Assembly: GCA_002432545.1 (NCBI GenBank)
Contig: DJFR01000040.1
Coordinates: 20,270-72,345 of the forward strand
Direction: 5' to 3'
Origin: Flammeovirgaceae bacterium UBA5867
GTDB taxonomy: Bacteria; Bacteroidota; Bacteroidia; Cytophagales; Cyclobacteriaceae
DNA: 52,076 nt
Shown here: positions 1-9,320 of the stretch, piece by piece
Position numbering within the stretch: the first letter of the stretch is position 1
How the letters are laid out: every line of letters starts with the position of its first letter
Program-made: the position numbers and the translations under genes
Notes under the pieces: model-generated
What the model was told of the DNA's origin: nothing
The model's database searches: none
What the model saw: only the letters and a program-made list of their open reading frames with translations

Positions 1-570
1 CTCTCCAAACACTATGGCTGGCAGGCACTGCTTGAATCAGTAGAAGACAATCCATACCTGCGCGATTTTTATGGCGATATGCAACGCTGGTCGTTCCATG
101 TGCAAATGTATTTTTTGAACAGTCGCTTCAAGCAAATCAATAAAATTCGCGCAGCACAAAATAAAACTACCATTCAGGATCGCACCATCTATGAAGATGC
201 CTACATCTTTGCGACTAACCTGCATGACAGTGGTTTTATGTCAGAGCGTGACTTTCAAAGTTACCTGGATACATTTCATTCCATGATCAGCTTTGTGCAA
301 CCTCCGGATCTGCTTATTTACCTGCGGGCAGATATACCCAAACTGGTTCGACAGATAGAGAAGCGCGGTCGCGATTTCGAATATGCTATACGCATTGATT
401 ACCTGCGTAATCTCAACGAACATTACGAAAAGTGGATCGGCAGTTACAACCTTGGCAAGTTGCTGGTAATTGATGTTAACAATTTGGACTTTGTTGCCAG
501 CATTGATGACTTCTCATTCATTGTGAACAAGATTGATTTCGAGCTGAACAATCTTTTCAGTGATATATAG
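1..570 (+). CDS. Deoxynucleoside kinase family protein (5' end outside window)
   Basis: Frame 1 is open from base 1 (LSKHYGWQALLESVEDNPYLRDFYGDMQRW). Contains dNK-family segments IQDRTIYED, PDLLIYLRA and IEKRGRDFE. The P-loop would lie upstream of the window. Confidence 0.9.
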   Translation, partial: LSKHYGWQALLESVEDNPYLRDFYGDMQRWSFHVQMYFLNSRFKQINKIRAAQNKTTIQDRTIYEDAYIFATNLHDSGFMSERDFQSYLDTFHSMISFVQPPDLLIYLRADIPKLVRQIEKRGRDFEYAIRIDYLRNLNEHYEKWIGSYNLGKLLVIDVNNLDFVASIDDFSFIVNKIDFELNNLFSDI

Positions 571-598
571 TATACACCCGGTCTAAAACAACCTATAG

Positions 599-1351
599 TT
601 GATAACGCTTTTCTCTTTTCAATTCACTACGGCCGACTTACTCATCTTTTTGCTGGTTGCTGTATTTGTTGGCATGTCCAAAACAGGTGTACACGGCACC
701 GGTATGGTAGCCGTACCGTTGCTTGCTTCTGTTTTTGGTGGTCAGTTGTCCAGTGGCATTATGCTGCCGATGCTTTGCCTGGCCGATGTAATGGGCGTGT
801 GGTACTACCACAGACATGCATCGTGGCAACACCTTAAAAAACTTTTTCCGTGGGCAGTGATAGGCACTGTGCTCGGCACCATTGTAGGCGGCATGATCGA
901 TGACAATATTTTCAGAATGATCATGGCCGTGATTATTGTTGGCAGCGTCATTATTATGTTGTGGCTGGAGCGTGGCCACAAAGAAGATATACCAGACTAT
1001 AAATGGTTTGCAGGTTTAACAGGCACAGCCGGAGGTTTCACCTCAATGGTGGGAAACCTGGCCGGTTCTGTTATGGCAGTATATTTCCTGTCCATGCGTC
1101 TTCCTAAAAACTCATTTATAGGAACTACCGCCTGGTTCTTTATGGTGATGAACTGGTTTAAAGTTCCCTTTCATGTTTTTGCATGGCATACTATTTCGTG
1201 GAATACATTTCTACTTAACCTTTCCACGCTTCCACTCATTGCTGTGGGTGCACTTATCGGTATCGTAATCGTTAAAAATATACCGGAGAAATTATACCGC
1301 TGGTTTATTATTGGTATGACACTCGTTGCTGCCATTATGATGCTGGTATAG
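599..1351 (+). CDS. Sulfite exporter TauE/SafE family membrane protein
   Basis: 250 aa, about 8 hydrophobic segments, with the repeated family motifs GMSKTGVHGTG and GFTSMVGNLAG. Confidence 0.85.
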   Translation: MITLFSFQFTTADLLIFLLVAVFVGMSKTGVHGTGMVAVPLLASVFGGQLSSGIMLPMLCLADVMGVWYYHRHASWQHLKKLFPWAVIGTVLGTIVGGMIDDNIFRMIMAVIIVGSVIIMLWLERGHKEDIPDYKWFAGLTGTAGGFTSMVGNLAGSVMAVYFLSMRLPKNSFIGTTAWFFMVMNWFKVPFHVFAWHTISWNTFLLNLSTLPLIAVGALIGIVIVKNIPEKLYRWFIIGMTLVAAIMMLV

Positions 1352-1352
1352 A

Positions 1353-4300
1353 TCATTCGATCGCTACATTTTTCATTTCATCACGTCCATATATAACAGG
1401 GAAGTACATCCATTCAGCCTTCGCAGGGTTGAGGTGGTATTTACCTTTATACCTCGGTAGCAGGTCAATGGTATAATGATAAGTTCCGGCACGAAGGCGC
1501 TCGCAATAAATCCGGGTTTCGTGCAGATCATACTCACGATGTACTTCACCGCCCGACCAGTTTTGGTTTTTGCTGTTGTATGAGCAACCAGCCGGTATAG
1601 GTATATTGATCATAACATACTCGGCATCCTTCTTAACCTCCAGTGTTACTTCGAGCTTTACCGGTTTACCGGCTTTTAGTTTTTTACAATCATGCTGCCA
1701 CGCAGTATGGATAATAAAGTCTTTCTCTACTTTTTGCGGAGCCGCATTCCATTTTTCCTGATAGGCAGTAATATATACCGGGTCGTTTCCGGTTTTGTGA
1801 ATAGATATACTTTTGATGTTCGCATACTCTTTTTCAAAAGGGAATTTCGTTACCTTTTCCTGCTCATTAATAACAATCGCAGATTTCTGTTCATGCTGTT
1901 TTTGTTTTAGCAGATGAGGTAATAATACTTCAATGATGCGCGATGACAGGTATGTATTCGACCAGCTTCGTTTGCGCTTCTCCAGAAAGTAATTCTGCAA
2001 CTTCAACAAGTTGGGATCATTTGGGTTTCGATGCTCCATCATTTGAAAAACAACCAGTGTGTTATCAGTATCATTGTTCCAGAGTGAATATTTACTTTCG
2101 CCCCAGTACCAGTTTCCTTTCAATGTTTCGTGTCGTTGCTTGTCAATGGTGCTCCAGTTTATATCCATCTTCTGCAGTTGCTTGAGACGTTGTATTAAAA
2201 GCAGCTCGTGCTGCGAATACTTCTTACTGTTTTTATTTAATGAATCAAGAATACCTTGCATGGCGAGCGGCTCATGTAATTCGGAGAGAAATATCCATGA
2301 ATTCAGCTGCAACTCAATGTGCGTAGCGGTGGTTGTATTACCCATCAGGTAATTTTTTACTCCCTGCATATCGAAGCGAACCGTATAGCCGAGTTCGTCT
2401 GCCCATAATAGAGCTTTCGCAATATGGATTGTTATCCAAACACTTCCCGCCCCGTTGGCACCCCACCAGCCCCAACTTCCATCGGCATGCTGATTGGCAA
2501 TTAATCGCTTGATTGCCTTTTCAACCTGTTTGTCGTGATTGAATTCTTCTTTCTTATATAAGCAAATTGCTTTTTCAGCAAGCAACGCTTTCAGTTTAGA
2601 GGCGAGCTGCTCGTTGCAATCATACGGATATACCTTTAGCACATTGATCTCATCACGCAACACATCCGTCACATCGGCCTGTGCATATATAGTAATTTTA
2701 CCGGGCGAATCGAAAGTATAGGTTAAGGTTGTATCGCGCTTAAGCGGAGCAAAGAACCCGGAAGTTTCCAACGAGCCGATTGGCAACACCGGTATTTTGC
2801 GAAATTCACCGTCTTCATATTTCTTATAGGTAAGGCTATATTTCACAGCAAGACTATCGGTTGTAGCACTGCTAAGATCGATCGTATCAATCGCTGTATT
2901 TTTAATAGCCAGATCATCTTGCCGTATAGTCTTGCTGCCAACTTCTATGGAGCGTTTTATTTTCAGGCTATCACCACCATAATTTGTAATCTTCCCGATC
3001 GCCCATGCACTATCGCCTTGTATCAGGAAATTTGGTAATGCTAACTGCGCAGCCAATGGCTTGTAGGATTGAATTTTGCTCTGCGTCTGGCCGGTACGTT
3101 TTTTAGAAGCCATTCCCAGCACATATATATTCCACCCCGTTATATCATCCGGAAAGGTTACATTGAAAGATGCTTCTCCATTATTATCAGTATATAGTTT
3201 CGGTTGCCAGAATGCGTAGTCGCGGAAATTTTTTCGCAGCGATGATCCGGGGGCGGCATCTCCTGTTAACGCGAGCTGTGGTGTATCGGGTAATTTAGTT
3301 TTTAGCAGTTGAGACTTTGTCATGCCGGCTTTGGTAGAAATAAGGATCACACCATTGGCAGCACGCGCACCATATATAGCAACGGCCTCTTCAGATTTGA
3401 GTGCAACCATCGATGTAATTCTGTCGGGATCAATGTCGTCCATCGTTTTCGGTACGCCATCGATCACTACCAGTGGAGTATTGCTGTTTTCTATGGTTGA
3501 TACGCCTCGCAGTTGTATGCTAATTGAATCCGCTACGCCCGGTATACCTCTTCGCCTCGCAATAACACCTGCTACCTTTCCGCTAAGTATTGATGTAACG
3601 GAACTGGTTAAATTGCTTCTTTTAGATTCAGCATAACCCACCACAACTACCTCGCTCAGCATCTGTGTATCTTCTTCAAGATTTACATTTACTTGGTTAG
3701 CTGTGGAGGTATTAAGCTCCTGTGTTGTGTAGCCGATGAACGAAACAACCAGTATACCATTAGCCGGTACATATATACGATAGTTGCCATTTGTATCAGT
3801 AGCCGTACCGTTGGCTGTTCCTTTCAGAATTATGTTTATCCCTGGCAACCCTTCGCCAGAACTGTCGGTAACCCTGCCTGTTACCCAGCGACCTCCCGTA
3901 AACGATGCATTATAGGTTGACTCGCGATAGTATAGCGAACGCAGGTTTTGCATTTCGTGCATCCGGTTCTGATCTATATATACCGATTCGTTGGACCATT
4001 TTTTTATTCGCTCCATTACTTCAATGCTGAATGTATCGGCAGGTAATATTTTTTCATCAGCAAGTGTATAGAAAGTTCTGCCGTACGGTTTTATAGCAAC
4101 GGGTTCTGGTTTACTATACTGCCCGTCTTTATAGAGCATAATTACCTGGTATTTACCCGGCAGTAGAGGCGCAAAACTTGATTGGCGGCCTGGGAAAATA
4201 TAGTATTCATCCGGAAGATCGAGATTCAAAATGAAGGTTGCGAAATGTTGAGGCAAGCCACCCCGATTATCCTCAATAACGAGCGTACCTGTCTTTTTGG

Positions 4301-7169
4301 ACACAGGGTAATTGGTTGGATATTTTCGAATGGTATATTCTGTCTGTGGCTCTATTTCATTTTGCTTCCAGTATTCGAGAATACGTTTTTCAGTTTGTAC
4401 CTGATCTCGCAGTGATGGACTAAAGGAACGGTAATACAACGGGCTCCGGAAAAGATACCGTATATCATAACTTTCGCGGTCTACAAGTTTAGGCTCAATG
4501 GTTACGACTCTTCCGGGTTTAAAATCAAAACCAGTGCTGAACTGTGGCGTATGATACAATATACTGCCTGGCATAAAAGGACCGACAAGTTTTTGTGCAT
4601 CGTTTCCCCAGTTAAATGGAACCATGGCGTGAAAATTATTTCCTTGTTCTAGGTAGGCGAGTCGCTGCGTCATGTCACGATTCAGTAAGAGAAAATGTGG
4701 CCAGAGTTTGTTTATTTCATAGTCGCTAAACTTTGATTCTTCTTCGGTTACTTCAACATCCTTCGGCAGGTCATTGAGATCGGCACTCAGTATAAGCTTT
4801 TTGCCTTTCTCTGCGATCACATGATTGATCTGTATCAATTTATCACGAAGCCTTATGGTAAGATTGTGTCGGCCAGGTGAAGTGCGAAAGGAGTATGGCT
4901 CCAGGCTTTTTACTTCGTGGTAATACTTCAGTTCGTTGTCGATGTATATATAGTATATCGGCTGCAAGCGACCGTCACTTACGATAAACGGGGCTATTTG
5001 TGTAATGCTGTCTTCGCCTGTTGTATAATGTTTGTAGATATTTTTTTCAGGATAAAGAAAATGATAGTACTCAATGCTGTCCAAACCAAGCCTGCTCTTC
5101 CAGAAATGATAGTGCAAATCATTCTCGAATGATCGTGCTTGCTCTTTTTCGCTGAACTCGTTGAAGATCTTTCGGCTCTTGAATCTTTCGAAGTCCGGCA
5201 CCTCGGTGGATGATCCTTCTTTAAATTTCTTTGTAATGCTATAGGCTGTGAGGTCAGCGTTTTTTACCGGTTTGTCAAAGGCGTCCTTCACATTTATTTT
5301 TATAGCAACCTGTTGCCCGGGATATACCGCTGCCGGGTGATCGACTTCTATGTGCAGCGGTTTTTTGGCGAATGGCAGATCATAATTCTGATTACGTGAT
5401 TGGCCTGCCCAGATATACTGAATGGCGAAATAGTATCGTGCGTGGGGCGATGCTTTTCGTTTCGCTATATAATCATGGCTATAGCCCTGGTCGATGATGG
5501 TATTGTTTTTAAAAAGCTGATAGTGAAACGGCAGCTTACGCGGATTTTGTGTTATGATGAGCAGACTGTCTTTTGTATGTTCTGCACTAACCTGTAGGTC
5601 ATCGCCAATGGATTCAAGACTTATTTTCTTGACAAAAGTATCATGCTGCAACAACACATAACTCTGTATGTGCTGATCAATTTTTTGCCGGTACGGGAGC
5701 AATACTTCTCTCTGCTCAACAATTTCACCAGCTTTGTTTAGCGACTGTATTTTGAATTTACCAGTGCCTTCAGCAGTAAAGATTACTGAATCGTTCTTAA
5801 CCTTAATATCACCAGCTGGTGTTATATAGGTATATTTCAGGTTCAGCTCTTTAGTATGGCGCTCGTTATCAGTGTTGGTAAAGATTGCCGTTACATTATA
5901 GTCGAGTACGGCTTTCGGAAATATTGAATCAGGGAGTGATATACTGGTTTCACCAATCGGATCCAGCTTCAGGTTATGGCACCACAGCGTATCCCTTACA
6001 AAAATTGTCGGTCGTGTAAAATCATTGACACTTGCTGATTTTACAATAAGCTGAACGCGAACATCGTATAGCGGAAGATCATTGGCATCGGTACCTTTCA
6101 AAAATATAGTTGCCGACTTGTGTGATGGTGCATGGTTGCTGCGAATGGTAAATGTATTCTGCTGAAGTTCATATTGTTCATAACGAAAAGTAGCAGAAGG
6201 ATAGTCATGATCTCTTTTGTCCTGCAAGAGGATGTGGTAGCTCTTATCAAGTTTTAATTGCAAGCTATCGTGCAATACAAATTCATAGATATAGGCACCC
6301 GGTCTGTAAGGTGCAACTTCAGCCAGGGTCTTGGCTGGTACGTTACTACTATAATATTGATTAAGTCTAAAGGTGATTTTGTGCTTTGCCGGTTTACCTT
6401 TTGCGGTAACAATATAGGCCTTCAGTTTTACCGTGTCGCCCGGTTTATACTTTGGTTTGTTCAGAACAACGTAACCGCTATAGGGCTCTGTGTTAAAGAT
6501 TTTTCTTACTCTATAATATATACCTGGCGGCCGAATGCGCGTGTAATCGAACAAACTTCGTACAGATCGTGCCATGTAAAAGAATGGTGACGCAATATGA
6601 TTAAGGGGAAATGTTCCCAGTGCTCTTCGCGTTACACGTTTCGGCAAGTTGTTGTTGTACTTTCGCTGAATGTCGAAGAATGAGACATGGCCCTGGTATA
6701 AAACTTTGATCCAGCCTTGCCGGTTTGTTGTGGCGATGCGGTACGCATTGTTCTTTTTAGAGAACGGTATATTTCTGATGCCAATCCTTGGCCTAAGGGT
6801 GTTGACCAGTTTTCCGTTTACATCGTGAAATGATAACAGCAAGTCGCGGTGATTGTTAAGAATCACCATGTCCAGGTTATTTACCGATTCCATTTCTGCA
6901 TCCAGTGTTGCACCCCGGGATTTAATATAGAGGTAATGCCCAGTGGCAAGTTTCTTCCTGTAAACAGAATCCGATGGGTATAAATCTACCAATGTGTGAA
7001 AGAGACTATCGGAGAGAGGGCTATAACTTTTAGTATATAGCTTCTCAGCCTCTTTGTTGGTGATCTTGTAAATGAAAGTATAGTAACTCGATGTTCGCGA
7101 CTCAACCAGGTTTTGAGCGGAAGCATTTATACATACGAGTAACAGGCACGCGAGTAAAAATTTATTCAT
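1353..7169 (-). CDS. Alpha-2-macroglobulin-like thioester protein with inserted carboxypeptidase-regulatory-like and TonB plug domains
   Basis: Start placed at ATG 7169 (signal peptide MNKFLLACLLLVCINASAQ). MG2 motif NKPKYKPGDTVKL; A2M motif RKNFRDYAFWQP...FPDDITGW; thioester motif YPYDCNEQ (CNEQ at 2607-2618); TED-like QHADGSWGWW; C-terminal YVMINIPIPAG. SusC-like VTGRVTD...SFIGY...EVVVVGY and plug PLVVIDG...AIYGARAANGVILISTK. Confidence 0.85.
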   Translation of the reverse strand: MNKFLLACLLLVCINASAQNLVESRTSSYYTFIYKITNKEAEKLYTKSYSPLSDSLFHTLVDLYPSDSVYRKKLATGHYLYIKSRGATLDAEMESVNNLDMVILNNHRDLLLSFHDVNGKLVNTLRPRIGIRNIPFSKKNNAYRIATTNRQGWIKVLYQGHVSFFDIQRKYNNNLPKRVTRRALGTFPLNHIASPFFYMARSVRSLFDYTRIRPPGIYYRVRKIFNTEPYSGYVVLNKPKYKPGDTVKLKAYIVTAKGKPAKHKITFRLNQYYSSNVPAKTLAEVAPYRPGAYIYEFVLHDSLQLKLDKSYHILLQDKRDHDYPSATFRYEQYELQQNTFTIRSNHAPSHKSATIFLKGTDANDLPLYDVRVQLIVKSASVNDFTRPTIFVRDTLWCHNLKLDPIGETSISLPDSIFPKAVLDYNVTAIFTNTDNERHTKELNLKYTYITPAGDIKVKNDSVIFTAEGTGKFKIQSLNKAGEIVEQREVLLPYRQKIDQHIQSYVLLQHDTFVKKISLESIGDDLQVSAEHTKDSLLIITQNPRKLPFHYQLFKNNTIIDQGYSHDYIAKRKASPHARYYFAIQYIWAGQSRNQNYDLPFAKKPLHIEVDHPAAVYPGQQVAIKINVKDAFDKPVKNADLTAYSITKKFKEGSSTEVPDFERFKSRKIFNEFSEKEQARSFENDLHYHFWKSRLGLDSIEYYHFLYPEKNIYKHYTTGEDSITQIAPFIVSDGRLQPIYYIYIDNELKYYHEVKSLEPYSFRTSPGRHNLTIRLRDKLIQINHVIAEKGKKLILSADLNDLPKDVEVTEEESKFSDYEINKLWPHFLLLNRDMTQRLAYLEQGNNFHAMVPFNWGNDAQKLVGPFMPGSILYHTPQFSTGFDFKPGRVVTIEPKLVDRESYDIRYLFRSPLYYRSFSPSLRDQVQTEKRILEYWKQNEIEPQTEYTIRKYPTNYPVSKKTGTLVIEDNRGGLPQHFATFILNLDLPDEYYIFPGRQSSFAPLLPGKYQVIMLYKDGQYSKPEPVAIKPYGRTFYTLADEKILPADTFSIEVMERIKKWSNESVYIDQNRMHEMQNLRSLYYRESTYNASFTGGRWVTGRVTDSSGEGLPGINIILKGTANGTATDTNGNYRIYVPANGILVVSFIGYTTQELNTSTANQVNVNLEEDTQMLSEVVVVGYAESKRSNLTSSVTSILSGKVAGVIARRRGIPGVADSISIQLRGVSTIENSNTPLVVIDGVPKTMDDIDPDRITSMVALKSEEAVAIYGARAANGVILISTKAGMTKSQLLKTKLPDTPQLALTGDAAPGSSLRKNFRDYAFWQPKLYTDNNGEASFNVTFPDDITGWNIYVLGMASKKRTGQTQSKIQSYKPLAAQLALPNFLIQGDSAWAIGKITNYGGDSLKIKRSIEVGSKTIRQDDLAIKNTAIDTIDLSSATTDSLAVKYSLTYKKYEDGEFRKIPVLPIGSLETSGFFAPLKRDTTLTYTFDSPGKITIYAQADVTDVLRDEINVLKVYPYDCNEQLASKLKALLAEKAICLYKKEEFNHDKQVEKAIKRLIANQHADGSWGWWGANGAGSVWITIHIAKALLWADELGYTVRFDMQGVKNYLMGNTTTATHIELQLNSWIFLSELHEPLAMQGILDSLNKNSKKYSQHELLLIQRLKQLQKMDINWSTIDKQRHETLKGNWYWGESKYSLWNNDTDNTLVVFQMMEHRNPNDPNLLKLQNYFLEKRKRSWSNTYLSSRIIEVLLPHLLKQKQHEQKSAIVINEQEKVTKFPFEKEYANIKSISIHKTGNDPVYITAYQEKWNAAPQKVEKDFIIHTAWQHDCKKLKAGKPVKLEVTLEVKKDAEYVMINIPIPAGCSYNSKNQNWSGGEVHREYDLHETRIYCERLRAGTYHYTIDLLPRYKGKYHLNPAKAEWMYFPVIYGRDEMKNVAIE

Positions 7170-8082
7170 ATAGGTTCTGGTAAGAAGCAGCTCCTTGCAG
7201 CCCGCCTGTATGCAGGGCAAGTATCGTGGAGCCTCGCTTAAAAAAGCCTTTCTTTACCTCTTCCAACACCGCCCACATCAACTTGCCCGTATATACAGGG
7301 TCGAGCGGAAGGTTATGCTGCTGGTACATCTCACGTATAAAATTTTTCAGCACATCCGGTACCTTGGCATAGCCTCCGTGATGATAAGATGTAAGCACCT
7401 GCCATTTTCCATAAACCGGGGAAGAAATTTTTTTTTCTGCTGCAGAAGTTTTTAACAGGTTGGTTATTTCCTGTGTCAGAAAATCTCCTTTCAACACACT
7501 TATACCTACAACTTCTCTTTTGCCTGCAAACCCTTCAAGTATACCAGCCATTGTTCCGCCAGTACCACTTGCCAGGCAGAGGTAATCGAAGTCAAGGTTT
7601 AATAATGTCTCGGCAAATTCTGAACAACCTTTTAGTGCAAGCGAATTTGTGCCGCCTTCGGGTATACTATAAAAATCACCGAACGCACTATGAAGGTGCC
7701 GAATATAGTCTGCTTCATTTTTTTTTCTATAGTCTTCACGTGAAACATAGTGCAGCTCCATGCCATGTTCAGTTGCAAAACGCAACGTAGGGTTTAAGGG
7801 CAAAACTTCTTCACCGCGTATTATACCTATACTTTTAAAATTGCATTCCTCTGCAGCTGCCGCTACAGCATAGATGTGATTGGAGTATGCTCCGCCAAAT
7901 GTGAGCAAAGTTTTCTTGTTAAGTCTTCGTGCTTCCTCCAGGTTGTATTTCAACTTCCACCATTTGTTGCCGGAGATAAACGGATGATTGAGATCTTCAC
8001 GTTTAACCAACAATCGAACGCCCGCTTTTTCCAAAACAGCATGATGAAATTCCTGAACCGGAGTAGACTCGTAGTGTAGCAA
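7162..8082 (-). CDS. ACC deaminase/D-cysteine desulfhydrase family PLP enzyme
   Basis: TTG start; motifs KREDL, SGNKWWKL (PLP lysine), TFGGAYSNH, PEGG, LDPVYTGK, HTGG. Confidence 0.9.
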   Translation of the reverse strand: MLHYESTPVQEFHHAVLEKAGVRLLVKREDLNHPFISGNKWWKLKYNLEEARRLNKKTLLTFGGAYSNHIYAVAAAAEECNFKSIGIIRGEEVLPLNPTLRFATEHGMELHYVSREDYRKKNEADYIRHLHSAFGDFYSIPEGGTNSLALKGCSEFAETLLNLDFDYLCLASGTGGTMAGILEGFAGKREVVGISVLKGDFLTQEITNLLKTSAAEKKISSPVYGKWQVLTSYHHGGYAKVPDVLKNFIREMYQQHNLPLDPVYTGKLMWAVLEEVKKGFFKRGSTILALHTGGLQGAASYQNLYE

Positions 8083-8132
8083 AATTGAAGTTTTTGAGGG
8101 CTCAAAATACTTTAAAATTCAAATTTTAAATA

Positions 8133-8169
8133 ACTAATAATTTTAGTGAATACATCTAAAATTATTAGT
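8133..8169. promoter_or_regulatory. Two tandem CTAA-N5-TTAG palindromic boxes (probable Bacteroidota SOS operator)
   Basis: CTAA-TAATT-TTAG at 8134-8146 and CTAA-AATTA-TTAG at 8156-8168. Together they form a perfect 14-bp inverted repeat with a 9-bp spacer, upstream of a SplB-like radical SAM gene. Confidence 0.65.
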
Positions 8170-8201
8170 AACTATGTGTAGCGTTTAGTGAAGGAGTATT
8201 T

Positions 8202-9254
8202 ATGGAAGAGGAATATTTTAAGGGCAGAGGGGCGCAAATAAAAACAGCGAATAAATTTCTAAAGGCACAGTATGTTACTGACCATGTTGAAGGACTTGAT
8301 GAACCGTTGTTTTCAGCACCCACCACACAAATTTTTTATGAGACACCCAAGAAGATTGTTAATAAAGTAACGAGCCCGGATCTTCGGATGATGTACTCCA
8401 CCAATCCGTACCAGGGTTGCGAGCATGGATGTATATATTGTTATGCACGCAACTCGCACGAGTACTGGGGCTTTAATGCCGGCCTTGATTTTGAGAGCAA
8501 GATCATTGTGAAAAAAGACGCACCGAAGCTGTTGGAGAAATTTATACTTCACCCGGATTGGCAGCCGGTGCCTATATCGGTTTCCGGTAATACGGATTGT
8601 TATCAACCGCTTGAGCGTAAATTTGAGATCACGCGAAACATGCTGAAAGTGTTTGCAAGATATAGACATCCCGTTGGTATGATTACCAAAAACAGTCTGG
8701 TGTTGCGCGATATAGATTTACTCAAAGATCTGGCGCAGGATAATTTAGTGCATGTATATATCTCCATCACCACGCTGGATGAAGACTTGCGCAGGGCGAT
8801 GGAACCTCGCACAGCCAGCGCAGTAAAGCGACTAAAAACTGTAGAGGAATTATCGAAAGCCGGAGTGCCGGTGGGCATTATGAACGCACCAATTATACCC
8901 GGACTCAATCATCACGAAATTCCACAAATATTAAAAGCCGCGAGTGATCATGGGGCATTGGGAGCAGGCATGACCGTTGTTCGTTTGAATGGCTCTATCG
9001 GAAAAATTTTTGAAGACTGGCTGCGAAAGAATTTCCCGGATCGCTTTGATAAGGTATGGCACCAGATCTGCTCGCTGCACGGTGGCAACGTAAACGACTC
9101 CGAGTTTGGAAGACGCATGAGCGGTGAAGGTAATTTTGCAGAAATTATACATCAGCTCTTCACGATATCCAAAAAGAAATATTTTGGTAACAAAACATTG
9201 CCGGCTATCGATCTCACCAAATTCAGGAAGGGCGGAAACCTCAGCCTGTTTTAG
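8202..9254 (+). CDS. Radical SAM protein, PA0069/Rv2578c (SplB-like) family
   Basis: NPYQGCEHGCIYCYAR (CxxxCxxC), GLDFESKIIVK, NTDCYQP, MEPRTAS; preceded by AAGGAG. Confidence 0.9.
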   Translation: MEEEYFKGRGAQIKTANKFLKAQYVTDHVEGLDEPLFSAPTTQIFYETPKKIVNKVTSPDLRMMYSTNPYQGCEHGCIYCYARNSHEYWGFNAGLDFESKIIVKKDAPKLLEKFILHPDWQPVPISVSGNTDCYQPLERKFEITRNMLKVFARYRHPVGMITKNSLVLRDIDLLKDLAQDNLVHVYISITTLDEDLRRAMEPRTASAVKRLKTVEELSKAGVPVGIMNAPIIPGLNHHEIPQILKAASDHGALGAGMTVVRLNGSIGKIFEDWLRKNFPDRFDKVWHQICSLHGGNVNDSEFGRRMSGEGNFAEIIHQLFTISKKKYFGNKTLPAIDLTKFRKGGNLSLF

Positions 9255-9262
9255 CAAAACGA

Positions 9263-9292
9263 AAAAGACACGAGTTTTTGCTCGTGTCTTTT
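9263..9292. terminator. Probable bidirectional intrinsic terminator
   Basis: AAAAGACACGAG-TTTTTG-CTCGTGTCTTTT, a 12-bp perfect stem between convergent genes. Confidence 0.8.
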
Positions 9293-9320
9293 ATATACTG
9301 ACCGTATAAATATAGTATAT

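Noticed and set aside
7170-7220. 17-aa N-terminal extension of the A2M ORF in the track
   Set aside because: Lies inside the upstream gene; ATG 7169 gives a clean signal peptide. The same reasoning was used to trim the ORFs at 10706, 11759, 16663, 18449, 19174, 25657, 43443, 47185 and 49605.
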